A stretch of DNA of 64,000 bases from an uncultured delta proteobacterium (GTDB taxonomy: Bacteria; Desulfobacterota; Desulfomonilia; UBA1062), in NCBI GenBank assembly GCA_963798485.1, contig CAWCTR010000030.1, positions 96,001-160,000 on the forward strand, written 5' to 3'. The notes below the pieces were generated by a model. That model saw only the letters and a list, made by a program, of their open reading frames with translations. It searched no databases and was not told the origin of the DNA. Both the position numbers and the translations under genes were made by a program. Numbering within the stretch: position 1 is the first letter of the stretch; every line of letters begins with the position of its first letter. Positions 1 to 11,695 of the stretch are shown in pieces.

Positions 1-1734
1 CTCCTGCGTGGCAGGGTTGATGTAGATATCGGTGTTCTTCATCTTCTCCGAATCGGGATTGAAGACATCCACCCAGGGGAGCTTGCACAGACCCAGATTG
101 TCATTACCCAGCCTGACCCTTGGATACGCTACCAACGCCCTGGCCTTATCCTGGAAGGAAGGGAAGGCTCCCAGGAGGTCCGCTTTGATGAGCCATGCCG
201 CTGCATGATGCGCCCCGATATCGCTGGCCGCAGCGTAGGAGCCCTGCATTGACAAAGACCGGTGGGTCCGGTACAGCGAGAAGGGAAGCCCCTTAGACTG
301 CATGGCAAACCGCCCGAGCTCTTTTTTCACACCGTTCTTACCGGTTCGTCTGGTATAGGTGTCACTGACCCAGTCGATGAGCTCACGCATACCCTTGCCG
401 GCCACGCTGGCCAATTCCGTTTTTCGGCGAGGGATCTCATGGAGGAATCGCAGGGCGGCTTGTGAATCACCCCAGTTCAATGTAATCCCGCCGGTATCTT
501 CCTTGGTCAGATATCCCCGCTGGAAGCATTCCATGAGGAATGCTATGATGACGGCAGTAGTGATCGTATCTATCCCATAGTCATCGCAGTACCAGTTGGC
601 TTCCATGATGAACTCGGCATTCCACATACCCAGGTTGGAACCGAATCCTGCGGCGGTTTCATACTCGGGCCCGTCCACCCACACCTTCCGGCCCTTTTTA
701 TCTCCGGAGGTCAATCTCACCCAGCCGCCTTTTGTGCATTGGAGATTGCAGCCGGGGAAGCACCCGTCATTGCCTCTGTGCTCGAACAGGTGCTCTTCAT
801 AGTATTTACCGCAGATATTTCCTGCCTGCGGATCTGACCCAAGCTGGTAATTCTTTACGGGCAGAGATTGGTAGGTATCCTTGTTCATGAAGGAGATCAG
901 ACCGGCAGAGCCTTTGCGACCCATCCTCAAAGAGGTGGGATCAACTTCCTTGATGACCTTATGGAGTTTTGCCCCGGAGTGTTTGACCTTTTCCCAGTCA
1001 TGTGCCCCGTAGGGGTTTTCACCATGCGGATAGGAAGCAAGGATGATGATAGACCTGATTCCCTTATGCATCATAACCGTGCCGAGGCCTGTCCTTCCTG
1101 CCTGCTTTGTCCGGAAGATCCCTTTCGTCCCGTCAACAGGCTTGGTGGGGTCGAAATAGTGGCTGTTGATGCATCCGTAGGTGGTATTGGCCGCACCGAT
1201 GCCGGTCGTGACGAAAACGATGTTCTTCTTGTCATACCCCTTGCTTGTGAACTGCTCGACTATCTCGTGTTCCAGGTCGAAGACTTGGTCGATAACAGGC
1301 GCATTCATTATACTCACTTCCTGATTGAAGCCGTCGATGACAATCATGATGTTGTGAGCGGACCTTCCCGTGATCTCCAGGGCATCGAATCCGGCATACT
1401 TGAGATAGGCGCCGAAATGGCCCCCGAAGTTGGAGACACCGGGGATACCGGTGATCGGCGAGAGGGAAACGGCCATGCACTTGCTCGTGCCGGGGAACTG
1501 GGGAACGCCTCCCAGCGGCCCCGGAGAAAGGATAAGGGGGGTTTGGGGATCATAGGCGCTCATTCCGGGGGCTGTTTTCTTGTGCAACAGATAAAGACCC
1601 AGGCCACGACCTCCGATAAAATAATCTCTCACCTTCGGGTCGAGTTCAGGCGCCTCAATCGACCCTGTCCCTAGATCCAGGGTGAGGATGCGGTTTACAT
1701 ACCCACGATTAAGCTGCACGTTCACATACTTCAT
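1..1734 (-). CDS. aor: Aldehyde:ferredoxin oxidoreductase (W/Mo-pterin AOR family), 3' end beyond the window edge
   Basis: Absent from the ORF track because it is open-ended. Manual minus-strand translation from ATG 1734 (RBS GAAAGGAA): MKYVNVQLNRGYVNRILTLDL...FIGGRGLG, with AOR motifs QAGRTGLGTVM, CFPGCNLQC, VDGPEYET, CDDYGIDTI, LGLCKLPW. Confidence 0.9.
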   Translation of the reverse strand, partial: MKYVNVQLNRGYVNRILTLDLGTGSIEAPELDPKVRDYFIGGRGLGLYLLHKKTAPGMSAYDPQTPLILSPGPLGGVPQFPGTSKCMAVSLSPITGIPGVSNFGGHFGAYLKYAGFDALEITGRSAHNIMIVIDGFNQEVSIMNAPVIDQVFDLEHEIVEQFTSKGYDKKNIVFVTTGIGAANTTYGCINSHYFDPTKPVDGTKGIFRTKQAGRTGLGTVMMHKGIRSIIILASYPHGENPYGAHDWEKVKHSGAKLHKVIKEVDPTSLRMGRKGSAGLISFMNKDTYQSLPVKNYQLGSDPQAGNICGKYYEEHLFEHRGNDGCFPGCNLQCTKGGWVRLTSGDKKGRKVWVDGPEYETAAGFGSNLGMWNAEFIMEANWYCDDYGIDTITTAVIIAFLMECFQRGYLTKEDTGGITLNWGDSQAALRFLHEIPRRKTELASVAGKGMRELIDWVSDTYTRRTGKNGVKKELGRFAMQSKGLPFSLYRTHRSLSMQGSYAAASDIGAHHAAAWLIKADLLGAFPSFQDKARALVAYPRVRLGNDNLGLCKLPWVDVFNPDSEKMKNTDIYINPATQE

Positions 1735-2209
1735 TGCATATTCCTTTCTCAGGCCGCCTTATGATGTACGGGCACACATAGATTGTATCGTAATCATTGG
1801 CTGTTTTCAAACAGAGGTAAGATAAGACAAAGGGGTTTTCCTGTCAATGAGTTATCTTTCCTGGAGTTTCCCGAGTTTTATCACTCAGTAGTCGATAACC
1901 ATTTGTATTTAGCTCCCTGTATTTTTCAGGGTTGTTAAGTCAAAGGTTGTATCACCTTTGAGGTTGAATACACCTGGGCCTGTGTCGGCCTTTATTCCTG
2001 CAGGGTATCCAACGGTTTGTGCCAGGATGACTTTTTGATGAGCGTGGAGTTTCATAGCATCAGCAAGGGCTTCCCTGTCAATCAGACCCCTTCATGGCCG
2101 AACTGCAATAGATCAGCGATTTTTATCTTTTAGCCATGGTGGTTTCATGTTAATTTTTTTCAATGAAAAAATCAGAGCGTATGAACACCCTTGAGGGGCA
2201 GTCGCAACC

Positions 2210-4177
2210 ATGAAAAAGATAAAGAGCCTGTTGATCGCCAATCGCGGAGAAATAGCCTGCAGGGTGATAAAGACATGCCGGAAACTGGGGATTGCAACCG
2301 TTGCCGTTTATTCACAGATCGATAAGGGCAGCGTGTTCATGAACATGGCGGACGAGGCAGTCTGTCTGGGCGAGGCAGGGATCGGGGCCTACCTTGACCA
2401 GGACAGGATAATCCAGGCGGCCAACCTGACCGGTGCGGATGCAATACATCCGGGATACGGGCTTCTCTCGGAGAATCCCGAATTCGCTTCACGCTGCCAC
2501 GCAGAGGGCATAACGTTCATCGGGCCTTCTCCTGAATCCATCAGGGTGATGGGCTCCAAGATCGCAGCCCGTGAGCTCTGCGAGAAGATAGGCGTCCCCG
2601 TTATCCCGGGGTTCAAGGTGGGCGGAGAATCCATGGAAGAACTCGCCAAAAAGGCTTTAGATATAGGATATCCGCTCCTCATCAAGGCATCACAGGGGGG
2701 CGGCGGCATCGGCATCTACCGGGTGGATGATCCTTCCCTCCTGGAAGGCTCGCTGCCGGCTGCACGAAAGAAGTCCATGGCCGTCTACGGCAGCGACAGC
2801 CTGCTCATTGAGAAATACCTGAGCTCTGTACGACATATTGAATTCCAGGTCCTGGGTGACCTGCACGGAAAGGTGATCCACTGCCTTGAGCGGGAGTGCT
2901 CGGTCCAGCGCAGGCATCAGAAGCTTATCGAGGAATCCCCGTCTCCTGCCATGACGGAGCCCTTGAGGAAGAAGATGGGGAAGGCGGCCATCGCCATTGC
3001 AAAGGCCGTGAACTATACGAATGCCGGCACCGTGGAATTCGTGCTGGGTGATGACGGGGCGTTCTTCTTCCTGGAGATGAACACCAGGCTTCAGGTGGAG
3101 CACCCGGTGACCGAGGCCGTAACCGGGCTGGACCTGGTGGAGATGCAGATAGCCATTGCCGAGGGCGAGCCGCTGCCCGTGACCCAGGCGGATGTCTCCA
3201 TAAAAGGCCATGCCATCGAATGCCGGGTCTACGCCGAAGACCCGGATAATGACTTTGTCCCTTCCGCAGGGGACCTGCTTTTGTGGAGGGCTGCCCATGG
3301 TGCCCGGACCGACAGCGGTGTTGCCACCTCTTCTCGGATAACCATTGATTTCGACCCCCTCCTGGCAAAGGTGATCGCGCATGCCGATTCCCGCGCGAAT
3401 GCCATGAGGCGGATGAACAGGGCATTGAAGGAGACCACTGCACTGGGCGTGGCCACCAACATCGATTTCCTGTCGCGTCTTGTGACGGACGAGGCATTCA
3501 CAAATGGCCGGATCAAGACAGACTTTTTCGACAAGGACTCTCCTGTGATGGACAGACCCTCACTGAGAGAGGAAGAGTCGAGGGTGCTCGTCATGGCCGC
3601 CATTGTGGCCCGGTTCAACGATCACGAGGAAGGCCTCCGGGAGCTGGGGTGGCAGGGGGGCTACCACAGGATGAAATATGCAGGTTTTCTGCTGCATGGA
3701 GTTCAGTATCCGGCGAACTATAGAAAAAAGGACGGGAACAACTTTACAATCATCATACAGAAAGACACCTATGACGTCTGTGTGGCCGGGAAGGACACGG
3801 ATTCCATGTCCCTCATCGTCAACAACAGGCAGCTCAGGTTCTCCTATGCCCTTGACCAGGAGACGGTGTTCCTCCATTCCATGAACGTGGGGCACCATCA
3901 GCTCACCTATCTGTCGCGGTTCCATTCAATGGAATTCCGGCACCACAAAAAGGGGGCCCGCGAGGCGCCTATGGACGGCAAGGTAGCACTGGTATTGGTG
4001 CAACCAGGCCAGACCATAAAGAAAGGCCAGGACCTCATCATCATCGAGTCCATGAAGATGGAAAACATCATCGCCGCCCACGAGCAGGGCGTGGTGAAGG
4101 AGATCTTTGTGAAGCAGGGTGATTTTGTTAAGATGGGGTCCATACTCATAGAAATTGATACGGAGAATAACCCATGA
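2210..4177 (+). CDS. Biotin-dependent acyl-CoA carboxylase alpha subunit (biotin carboxylase + BCCP)
   Basis: LLIANRGEIACR, IHPGYG, ERECSVQRRHQK, FLEMNTRLQVEHPVTE; C-terminal biotinyl motif ESMKME. Confidence 0.95.
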   Translation: MKKIKSLLIANRGEIACRVIKTCRKLGIATVAVYSQIDKGSVFMNMADEAVCLGEAGIGAYLDQDRIIQAANLTGADAIHPGYGLLSENPEFASRCHAEGITFIGPSPESIRVMGSKIAARELCEKIGVPVIPGFKVGGESMEELAKKALDIGYPLLIKASQGGGGIGIYRVDDPSLLEGSLPAARKKSMAVYGSDSLLIEKYLSSVRHIEFQVLGDLHGKVIHCLERECSVQRRHQKLIEESPSPAMTEPLRKKMGKAAIAIAKAVNYTNAGTVEFVLGDDGAFFFLEMNTRLQVEHPVTEAVTGLDLVEMQIAIAEGEPLPVTQADVSIKGHAIECRVYAEDPDNDFVPSAGDLLLWRAAHGARTDSGVATSSRITIDFDPLLAKVIAHADSRANAMRRMNRALKETTALGVATNIDFLSRLVTDEAFTNGRIKTDFFDKDSPVMDRPSLREEESRVLVMAAIVARFNDHEEGLRELGWQGGYHRMKYAGFLLHGVQYPANYRKKDGNNFTIIIQKDTYDVCVAGKDTDSMSLIVNNRQLRFSYALDQETVFLHSMNVGHHQLTYLSRFHSMEFRHHKKGAREAPMDGKVALVLVQPGQTIKKGQDLIIIESMKMENIIAAHEQGVVKEIFVKQGDFVKMGSILIEIDTENNP

Positions 4178-5724
4178 GTGAAACTCTCGATCCATATAAG
4201 ATAGCCGAACTTGCTTCCCGCATCGAAAAGAACAAGGCGCTTGGGAGTGAAAAGAAGGTAAGCAAACAGCACGACAAGGGAAGGCTTACTGTGCGCGAGC
4301 GGATCGAGGCGCTCCTCGATAAGGGATCATTTGACGAGTATGGTGTGCTCTGCCACAGCGATCTTCCCGAGGCCGTTTCAAAGACACCGGCTGACGGCAA
4401 GGTATGCGGGTTCGGCCGGATAGACAACCGCACCGTATACGTTTCAGGCGACGACGTCACGGTCATGTCCGGTGCAGGCGGGCGCATAGGGGTCATCAAG
4501 GCGCTCAAGAACCTGCACTACGCTGCAACCAAGGGCTTCCCCTGTATACATCTCGGTGACGGAGGCGGGGCACGCATCCCCGACACCATGGGGGCGACAG
4601 GCATCATGAAGGCCATGGAGATCGTGGATGCCCACAACCGCGAGGTGCCGTTCATCGTATCCATTATGGGCGAATGCTATGGCGGCCCCACCTGGGAGGC
4701 ATCCATCTCGGATGTGGTCATACAGGTGAAAGGCGCCATCATGGCGGTCACATCGCCCCGTATCATCGAGGTGGCCACCGGCGAAATCTCGACAGCCGAG
4801 GAACTCGGCGGCTGGGAGATCCATGCGCGCACCACCGGCCAGGTGGACCTGTTCGCCGAGAATGAAGAGGAGTGCCTCTGGCTGATACGCCGCCTGCTCG
4901 GTTTTCTGCCGGGTAATGCGCGCGAACTTCCGCCAAATAAGCCATGCGACGACCCCTCAGGGGTAAAGATCGAATCCATCTTCGAGGCGGTCCCGGAAGA
5001 CCCCAAGACCCTCTATGATATCCACAACGCCCTGGACCTCATCTTCGATTCCGACAGCATCCTGGAGCTCAAGCCCTATTACGACGGCAGCCTGGTCACG
5101 TGCTTTGCCCGCCTGGACGGATACAGTGTGGGCGTACTCGCCAACAACCCTTTGGTGACCGCGGGCGCCATGGGGCCGGGGGCCTGCGACAAGGCCATCG
5201 CCTTCATCTGTCTGTGCGACTCGTTCAACATCCCCATGATCTTCATTCACGACACGCCGGGTTTTCTCGTGGGCAGGGATGCAGAAGCCGGGAAGATGCC
5301 CTTGAAGATCATGTCCATGATAAAGGCGCTCCAGCTCACCACTGTACCCGTGGTGAGCCTCATCACCCGCAAGTCCTACGGCATGGCGCACCACAACATG
5401 GCGGGCGGCAAGCTCTCGGATTCCATCATCGCCTGGCCCACTGCAGACATCTCGTTCATGTCGGCCGATGTCGCCATCAATGCCGCCTTCGGCCAGAACT
5501 TTTCTGACAGCCCGGGGGCGGCAGATATGAGAACGGCATTCATGAAGGAGATGATCCGCAGGGCCGAGCCCTGGGAGGCAGCCGGGCTGAACCTCATCGA
5601 TAAGGTCATAGACCCCCGCGACACCAGGACCGAGCTGATAAAGGCCCTTGCCCTTGCCCGCGGCAGCAGCGGAGAGCGGGGCATGAGCAGGCGTTTGCTG
5701 GCCTCCTGGCCGAAGATGGTGTGA
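4174..5724 (+). CDS. Acyl-CoA carboxylase carboxyltransferase (beta) subunit
   Basis: GRLTVRERIEALLD, GGGARIP, ELGG..IH...TGQVD, DTPGF, RKSYG, VIDPRDTR; overlaps the alpha-subunit stop (ATGA). Confidence 0.92.
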   Translation: MSETLDPYKIAELASRIEKNKALGSEKKVSKQHDKGRLTVRERIEALLDKGSFDEYGVLCHSDLPEAVSKTPADGKVCGFGRIDNRTVYVSGDDVTVMSGAGGRIGVIKALKNLHYAATKGFPCIHLGDGGGARIPDTMGATGIMKAMEIVDAHNREVPFIVSIMGECYGGPTWEASISDVVIQVKGAIMAVTSPRIIEVATGEISTAEELGGWEIHARTTGQVDLFAENEEECLWLIRRLLGFLPGNARELPPNKPCDDPSGVKIESIFEAVPEDPKTLYDIHNALDLIFDSDSILELKPYYDGSLVTCFARLDGYSVGVLANNPLVTAGAMGPGACDKAIAFICLCDSFNIPMIFIHDTPGFLVGRDAEAGKMPLKIMSMIKALQLTTVPVVSLITRKSYGMAHHNMAGGKLSDSIIAWPTADISFMSADVAINAAFGQNFSDSPGAADMRTAFMKEMIRRAEPWEAAGLNLIDKVIDPRDTRTELIKALALARGSSGERGMSRRLLASWPKMV

Positions 5725-5781
5725 CAAATCAAAATCAGCCCCAGCCTTGTATTGGGGGTTCACTTCATATCTTATGGCAAC

Positions 5782-6720
5782 CTATTGCTGAGGAGTCGCT
5801 CCGGCCTCTCCACCCTTTTTTGTTTCAGCAGTTTTGAAGTACGTATCAATATTATCTAGGAGGACCTTTGCCTTTCTCCTGGCTATTTCGTTCAAAAAGG
5901 TCTTGTCAGCGTAGGTGTTTGCCGGCGTTTCAAGGATTGTCGCCAGGGTCTTCTTAAACAGCTCCCTGTCCTGGATCTGGCAGGCGTAATACCTGGCATA
6001 CATGACATGGAAAGCAAAAATACTGTTGCCTGAGTAGGTAAAGGCCTTGTCAAACTCCTCCCGGGCCTTTTCAGGGTCACCACCATCGGCTTTGGGCCGG
6101 TTTGCATATAGTGCCCCCAGCAATGCATGCACGCTGCCGTTGTTATACGAATCATCGAGTGAATTGATAAACTCCAACATGGCCTCCATCTTGGGTATGT
6201 CTGTGCGGGCCTCTGGCGTATCAAGGTTGAGGTTGATCCAGCCGGCCCAGTTCATTGCAGTCCAGTAGAGGGCCTGGATATTTTTCTTGTCGAAGGTGGC
6301 AGGCAGTGCCTGTTTGAATGCCAAGATAGAAGTTTCATAGGTAATGGCGTGTTTGAAGATCCTGTAACGTTTGAGTTCATCCAGGGTATAATCTCTTCCC
6401 TTAAGGTAATTGAGACTTGCCTCCTTCTTATCGGTGTCCTCCGCGAAGCAGAAGGCATACCCGTAATATGCCCCGGATAACCTGTATAATAATGACTCCT
6501 CAGATTCAGGCCCGATAAGACCGTCCATATATTGGAGGTATGGGGGCATGGCGGTGCCGAACATGTCCACATCAGGGTTCGTATTGGCAGTAGTATAAAT
6601 ATCCTCCAAAAAAGATCCCGTGGGCGGCTCAACCGCAGCCTTGTGTGCACAGCCGGACAGGAACAGGGTGCTTGTCAGGATAAGGAGCCATCCGGCAATC
6701 CGAAATGAGCGTATGGCCAT
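5782..6720 (-). CDS. TRAP transporter TatT (T-component)-like lipoprotein
   Basis: Lipobox LFLSGC; LYWTAMNWAGWI, GGDPEKAREEFDKA, YARYYA, NEIARRKAK resemble the TatT family; RBS GGAGG before ATG 6720. Confidence 0.7.
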   Translation of the reverse strand: MAIRSFRIAGWLLILTSTLFLSGCAHKAAVEPPTGSFLEDIYTTANTNPDVDMFGTAMPPYLQYMDGLIGPESEESLLYRLSGAYYGYAFCFAEDTDKKEASLNYLKGRDYTLDELKRYRIFKHAITYETSILAFKQALPATFDKKNIQALYWTAMNWAGWINLNLDTPEARTDIPKMEAMLEFINSLDDSYNNGSVHALLGALYANRPKADGGDPEKAREEFDKAFTYSGNSIFAFHVMYARYYACQIQDRELFKKTLATILETPANTYADKTFLNEIARRKAKVLLDNIDTYFKTAETKKGGEAGATPQQ

Positions 6721-6907
6721 ATAAACCTCCATTGAATTGCTAAGGGTACATTCCCCTATGCCACCCGCAAGAAAGTCTCTCGCTTCCAGGAGAAGCATCT
6801 TTATATCTTATCACCCCACGAAATACTTTGCAATGAAAAGGCCTTGGAATACTGTTTTTATTATAGCGATTATCCGATAGGTAATTTATCAATTCGAGGG
6901 AATAAAC

Positions 6908-9839
6908 ATGATACATGAAGAAACAATCAGGAAGATACTCGACAGTATCGGTGATGGGTATTATGAAATGGATCTTGCAGGAAACCTGACTTCCTTTAAT
7001 AAATGGCTCCCCATAATTTCCGGATATAGTGATGAAGAGATAATGAATATGGATTTCCGGAAATACATGGATGCCGAGGATGCCAAAAAGGTCTTTCATG
7101 TATATCAGAATGTCTTTCTAACCGGCCGGCAGGTTAATGCGGTGACATGGGCCTTGATCAAGAAGAATGGATCGCAAGCCCAGGCGGAGGCGTCGGTCTC
7201 GCTTATAAAGGACGAGTCTGATAAACCAATAGGGTTTCGCGGTATTGTCAGGGACGTAACAGAGAGGAAAAAGACAGAAGAGGCCTTGAAGGCAAGTGAG
7301 GAAAGGTACCGCGCCCTTGCCGAGAATATGCAGGATGTCATCTGGATTATCAAGGATATGAATTTCAGTTATGTCAGCCCTGCTGTTGAAAGACAATGGG
7401 GATATTGTATTGAAGATATCCTCGGCAAACCTGTGGAAAATTTCCTGGACACTCAATCATGCCTCACGCTGAATAACATTGTGAATGATGTAGTTCTTTC
7501 AGAAGGTGAAAATAAGGCGATCCTCGAAATGCCCCTTGAGCTTGAGGTCATATGCAAGGATGGCTCTAAGATTTGGACAGAGGCTTCAATCAATGTACTC
7601 TTTGATCCTTCAGGTAAATTGGCAGGCTTCCAGGGGTTATCGAGGGATATTACACTCAGGAAGATGGTTGAGGGTGCGCTGGAGGAAAATTTTAATCTCC
7701 TCCAGAAACTGATCGACTCCATACCCAACCCCATATTCTATACCGACACCCAAGGGAGGCTGAACGGATGCAACCTGGCATACGAAGTGGTCTGCGGGGA
7801 GGCAAAGGTTGATATTGTCGGAAGCCCTTTCTCCGCGGTATCCCCCAAAGAGCTGCTTGCACTCTATAATAAAGAGTCTTCCGGGTTGTCAGGGGAGCAT
7901 GACAGCATACAGGAATACCTATCAGGCATGGAATATGCCGATGGGTCCAGGCACGATATCATACTGAGCATTACCACCTTTACCGACGCCGAGGGGAAGA
8001 AGGCCGGAACGGTAGGTGTACTGTTCGACATCACCGATCAGAAGCGTCAAGAACAGAAGATCCAGCAGGCGCTTGATGAATCGGAGAAAAGTCAGGCTGA
8101 GATATCCGCATTGCTGAATGCCTCACATATTGTCCTGGAGAAACAGGATTTTGAAGAATCATCACATGGTATCTTCGATAACTGCAAGACCCTGATCGGG
8201 GCATCCGCAGGGTATGTTTCTATCTTTGGAGAAGATACCGGCCAAGAGGAGATAATATATACGGATCTGGCCGTTGTTAATGGCAGTGCCCTGACATGCC
8301 TCGGCATGAAAGAGGAACTGAGAGATATTGTCTCGGTGAAGGGGAAAACCATATTCATCAATAAGATTTCATGTAAAGAAAATGATATCCCTTTTGAACC
8401 ACAGCCCTACAACGTTCTTGTTTCGCCGCTCAAGGGAGAGGGGGGACCACAGGGCCTTATCGTCCTGGTGAACAAGCCAGGGGGGTTCAATAAGGACGAT
8501 GCGCGGTTGGCCAAGGCCTTCGGCGAGTTTGCATCCATTTCACTGCTCAACAGCCGTACCCTGAGGTCCCTTGAGACCAGCGAGAAACGGTTCCGCTCGG
8601 TCGCCCAGACAGCCAATGACGCATTTATTACTTACGACACCGATTCAAGGATTATTCTGTGGAACAAGAGTGCGGAAAGGATGTTCGGTCATGCAACACA
8701 TGATGCATTAGGAAGAGACATAACTATCATAATCCCTGAGAGATTAAGGGATGCGTACAAGAGAGAAGTGAATAACATTATGAATGCCGCGCATAAGACC
8801 CAGACGAAAGATCCGCAGATGATAGGGAGAGCTTTCCAGATGACGGGATTGAAGAGTGACAAAAAAGAATTTCCCATCGAGATCTCGGTCTCCTCCTGGG
8901 AAGCAGAAGGGAAAAGCTTCTTCACTGCTATTATAAGAGATATCGCAGAAAGAAAACTGCTTGAAGATTCACTCAGGAAAGAGACGGATGATTTAAAAAG
9001 CGCTAGGGAGGAGTTGGAGAAGGCATATAAGGAACTCCAGACCACACAGTCACGTATCCTCCAGCAGGAAAAGATGGCCTCCATCGGACAGCTGGCCGCC
9101 GGGATGGCGCATGAAATCAATAATCCTATGGGATTTATCTCCAGCAATCTTTCAACCTTGGGCAAGTATGCCGGTAAAATTCATGACTATCTTTCAACCC
9201 AATCCGAGTTGCTTCAACGTGTTAAGAACAGTGAAGTCGTTGAACAACTTAATGGGAAGCGAAAGTCCCTGAAGATAGATTTCATCGTTGAAGATATCAA
9301 GGAATTGGTTAGGGAATCGCAGGACGGCGCTGAAAGGGTCAAGAAGATCGTGCAGGATTTAAAGAGCTTCTCACGGGTTGATCAGGAGGTACACAAGCCT
9401 GCCGATATCAATGAATGCATAGAGAGCACTCTGAATATCGTGTGGAATGAGTTGAAATACAAGGCAACTATACAAAAAGAATATGGAGAGATACCCTTAA
9501 CCAAATGCTATCCACAACAGATAAACCAGGTATTCATGAACCTCTTTGTCAATGCCGCACAGGCCATTGAGAAGCAAGGGGTGATAACGGTCAGGACATG
9601 GAGCCGGGACAATTCAATCTTTGCCTCTATCTCCGATACGGGCTGCGGTATGAAGTCCAGAGACCGTAAACCGCATCTTTGAGCCTTTCTTTACAACCAA
9701 GGATGTAGGCAAGGGCACCGGCCTTGGCCTGAGTATAACCTATGACATCATAAAAAAGCATGAAGGTGAGATAACCGTACAAAGCGAGCTCGGCAAAGGG
9801 ACCACATTTACCATACGAATTCCTGTTGTAGAAGAATAA
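6908..9839 (+). CDS. Multi-PAS/GAF sensor histidine kinase with a one-base frameshift near 9655
   Basis: Several PAS/PAC repeats, H-box [12 protein letters not shown]-box [15 protein letters not shown]. The F and G2 boxes ([18 protein letters not shown]) continue in another frame to TAA 9839. Confidence 0.9.
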
Positions 9840-9917
9840 GGGGCTTGGCAGGAAAGTCGCGGGATAATTTGTTTGAATGTTGCATTTTTAAATCCTCTAT
9901 TTTATATGAGACCCCTT

Positions 9918-11417
9918 TTAATCATTGAATAGATAATCGTACCAGAACTTCTTGGAACGGTCGATGTTCAGGTCTACATGGATGTGCTTGATCTGGGTGA
10001 ACTCCAGCAGACCGTGGGGACCCAGCTCCCTGCCGACCCCGGACTGCTTGAACCCACCGAAAGGTGCAAGGGGGTTGAGCAGGTGGTAGTCATTGATCCA
10101 CACCGTGCCTGTCCGGATCTGCTTGGCCACTTCGATGGCCCAGGGAATGTCCTTGGAGAATACTGCTCCCCCAAGCCCGAAGATGCTGTCATTGGCCATG
10201 GCAATGGCATCTCCGATACTTTTATACTTTATTACCGAAAGCACCGGGCCGAAGATCTCTTCGCGGGCAATGGTCATATCGTTGCTCACCTCTTCGAATA
10301 CGGTGGGTTCAACATAATATCCCTTGGTGAGGTGTCCGGGCTGTTTCCCGCCGATAGAGCATTTAGCCCCTTCTTTCTTGCCTGTCTCAATATAGCGCAG
10401 GACCGTCTTGTGTTGTGCCTTTGAGATCACCGGCCCAATGGTTGTCTCAGGGTCCATGGGGTCGCCGAGTTTTATATGGGTTACCCTCTCCTTCACCCGT
10501 TCCATGAATTCGTCGTAGATCGATTCAGGGACAAAGCACCTGGTCCCGGATTCACAGACCTGCCCCACATGGAAGAAGGTACCGAATAGGGCACCGTCAA
10601 CGGCCAGGGTGAGGTCGGCATCCTCCAAGATAATGGTGGGGCTCTTGCCTCCCAGCTCCAAAGTCACCTTCTTAATGGTGTCTGCGGCCAGCTTCATCAC
10701 CTGTCGGCCTGTCTCCGTGGAGCCGGTCAGGGCAACCTTGTCTACCTTCGGGTTTGTGCACAGCTCTTCACCGATGACCGAACCGGGGCCGGTAATAAGG
10801 TTAAAAACACCCGCAGGGATATCACACTCACCAAATATTTTTGCCAGTTCTAGGGCGGACAGAGGTGTGTCGGAAGCCGGTTTCAGTATGAGACTGTTAC
10901 CCATGACGAGTGACGGTGCGGTTTTCCAGACTGCCATGAGCAGGGGGAAGTTCCAGGGGATGATGCCTGCGCACACACCGATGGGCTCCCGGTGGACAAA
11001 GTTCCATGACGTGTAGGGCAGGTCAATCCATGGGAGAGGTTCGTAGGTCGGGATGCGCTCACCAAGCTCAACAAGGGTGCGGAAATGATCGATGCTGAAT
11101 GGCAGGTCCATCAGTGTGGCCTTGCGGATTGTGGCTCCCGAGTCCATGCTCTCAATCGTGGCGATCTCGGTCTGCCGCTCTACCAGCTTATCCACTACCT
11201 TCATGAGTCTGCAGGCGCGCTCCTTTACTGGCATCCTGCTCCACACCCCGGAGTCAAAGGACTTGCGTGCCGCCTCTATGGCCCTTTTCGCATCGTTCCT
11301 GGTACCCACCGGTACAAGGGCTATGGGCTCCTCGGTGGCCGGGTTGTACGTGGGTCTGGTCTCGCCGGTCTCTGCATCAACAAACGCCCCGTCAATGAAC
11401 AGCTTGTATTTCTCCAT
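9918..11417 (-). CDS. NAD(P)-dependent aldehyde dehydrogenase
   Basis: IIPWNFP, LKPAS, TGSTETG, LELGGKSP, catalytic Cys in GQVCESG, EEIFGP. Confidence 0.95.
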   Translation of the reverse strand: MEKYKLFIDGAFVDAETGETRPTYNPATEEPIALVPVGTRNDAKRAIEAARKSFDSGVWSRMPVKERACRLMKVVDKLVERQTEIATIESMDSGATIRKATLMDLPFSIDHFRTLVELGERIPTYEPLPWIDLPYTSWNFVHREPIGVCAGIIPWNFPLLMAVWKTAPSLVMGNSLILKPASDTPLSALELAKIFGECDIPAGVFNLITGPGSVIGEELCTNPKVDKVALTGSTETGRQVMKLAADTIKKVTLELGGKSPTIILEDADLTLAVDGALFGTFFHVGQVCESGTRCFVPESIYDEFMERVKERVTHIKLGDPMDPETTIGPVISKAQHKTVLRYIETGKKEGAKCSIGGKQPGHLTKGYYVEPTVFEEVSNDMTIAREEIFGPVLSVIKYKSIGDAIAMANDSIFGLGGAVFSKDIPWAIEVAKQIRTGTVWINDYHLLNPLAPFGGFKQSGVGRELGPHGLLEFTQIKHIHVDLNIDRSKKFWYDYLFND

Positions 11418-11695
11418 ACACCCCTCCTTATCAGATGAATCAGCCGGGCCAAGAAAATCGAAATGTTATATTATGCACTAACGAGCATACTAAAATAATA
11501 ACGAATCCGGTTCAATCGGGGGTGATATGAAAATGATGTCGTGCCTGCTCGTATGGATCTGTAGCAAAATCTATTACTGCTTGTACTTATTGACATAATA
11601 AACTGATTAGGCTTAAGCTTATTGTGTAATTCATTGAATACTGAGGCGGACATACCCTTCCCCGGCATCGCAATACACATATTGAGGAGCGATTG

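Noticed and set aside
868-1674. 268-aa plus-strand ORF and the small ORFs at 262-802
   Set aside because: Antisense shadows of the minus-strand AOR gene, which has clear family motifs.
9640-9682. Programmed frameshift in the histidine kinase (also speB and SNF2)
   Set aside because: No slippery heptamer or stimulatory structure is evident; similar indels across unrelated genes point to assembly error.
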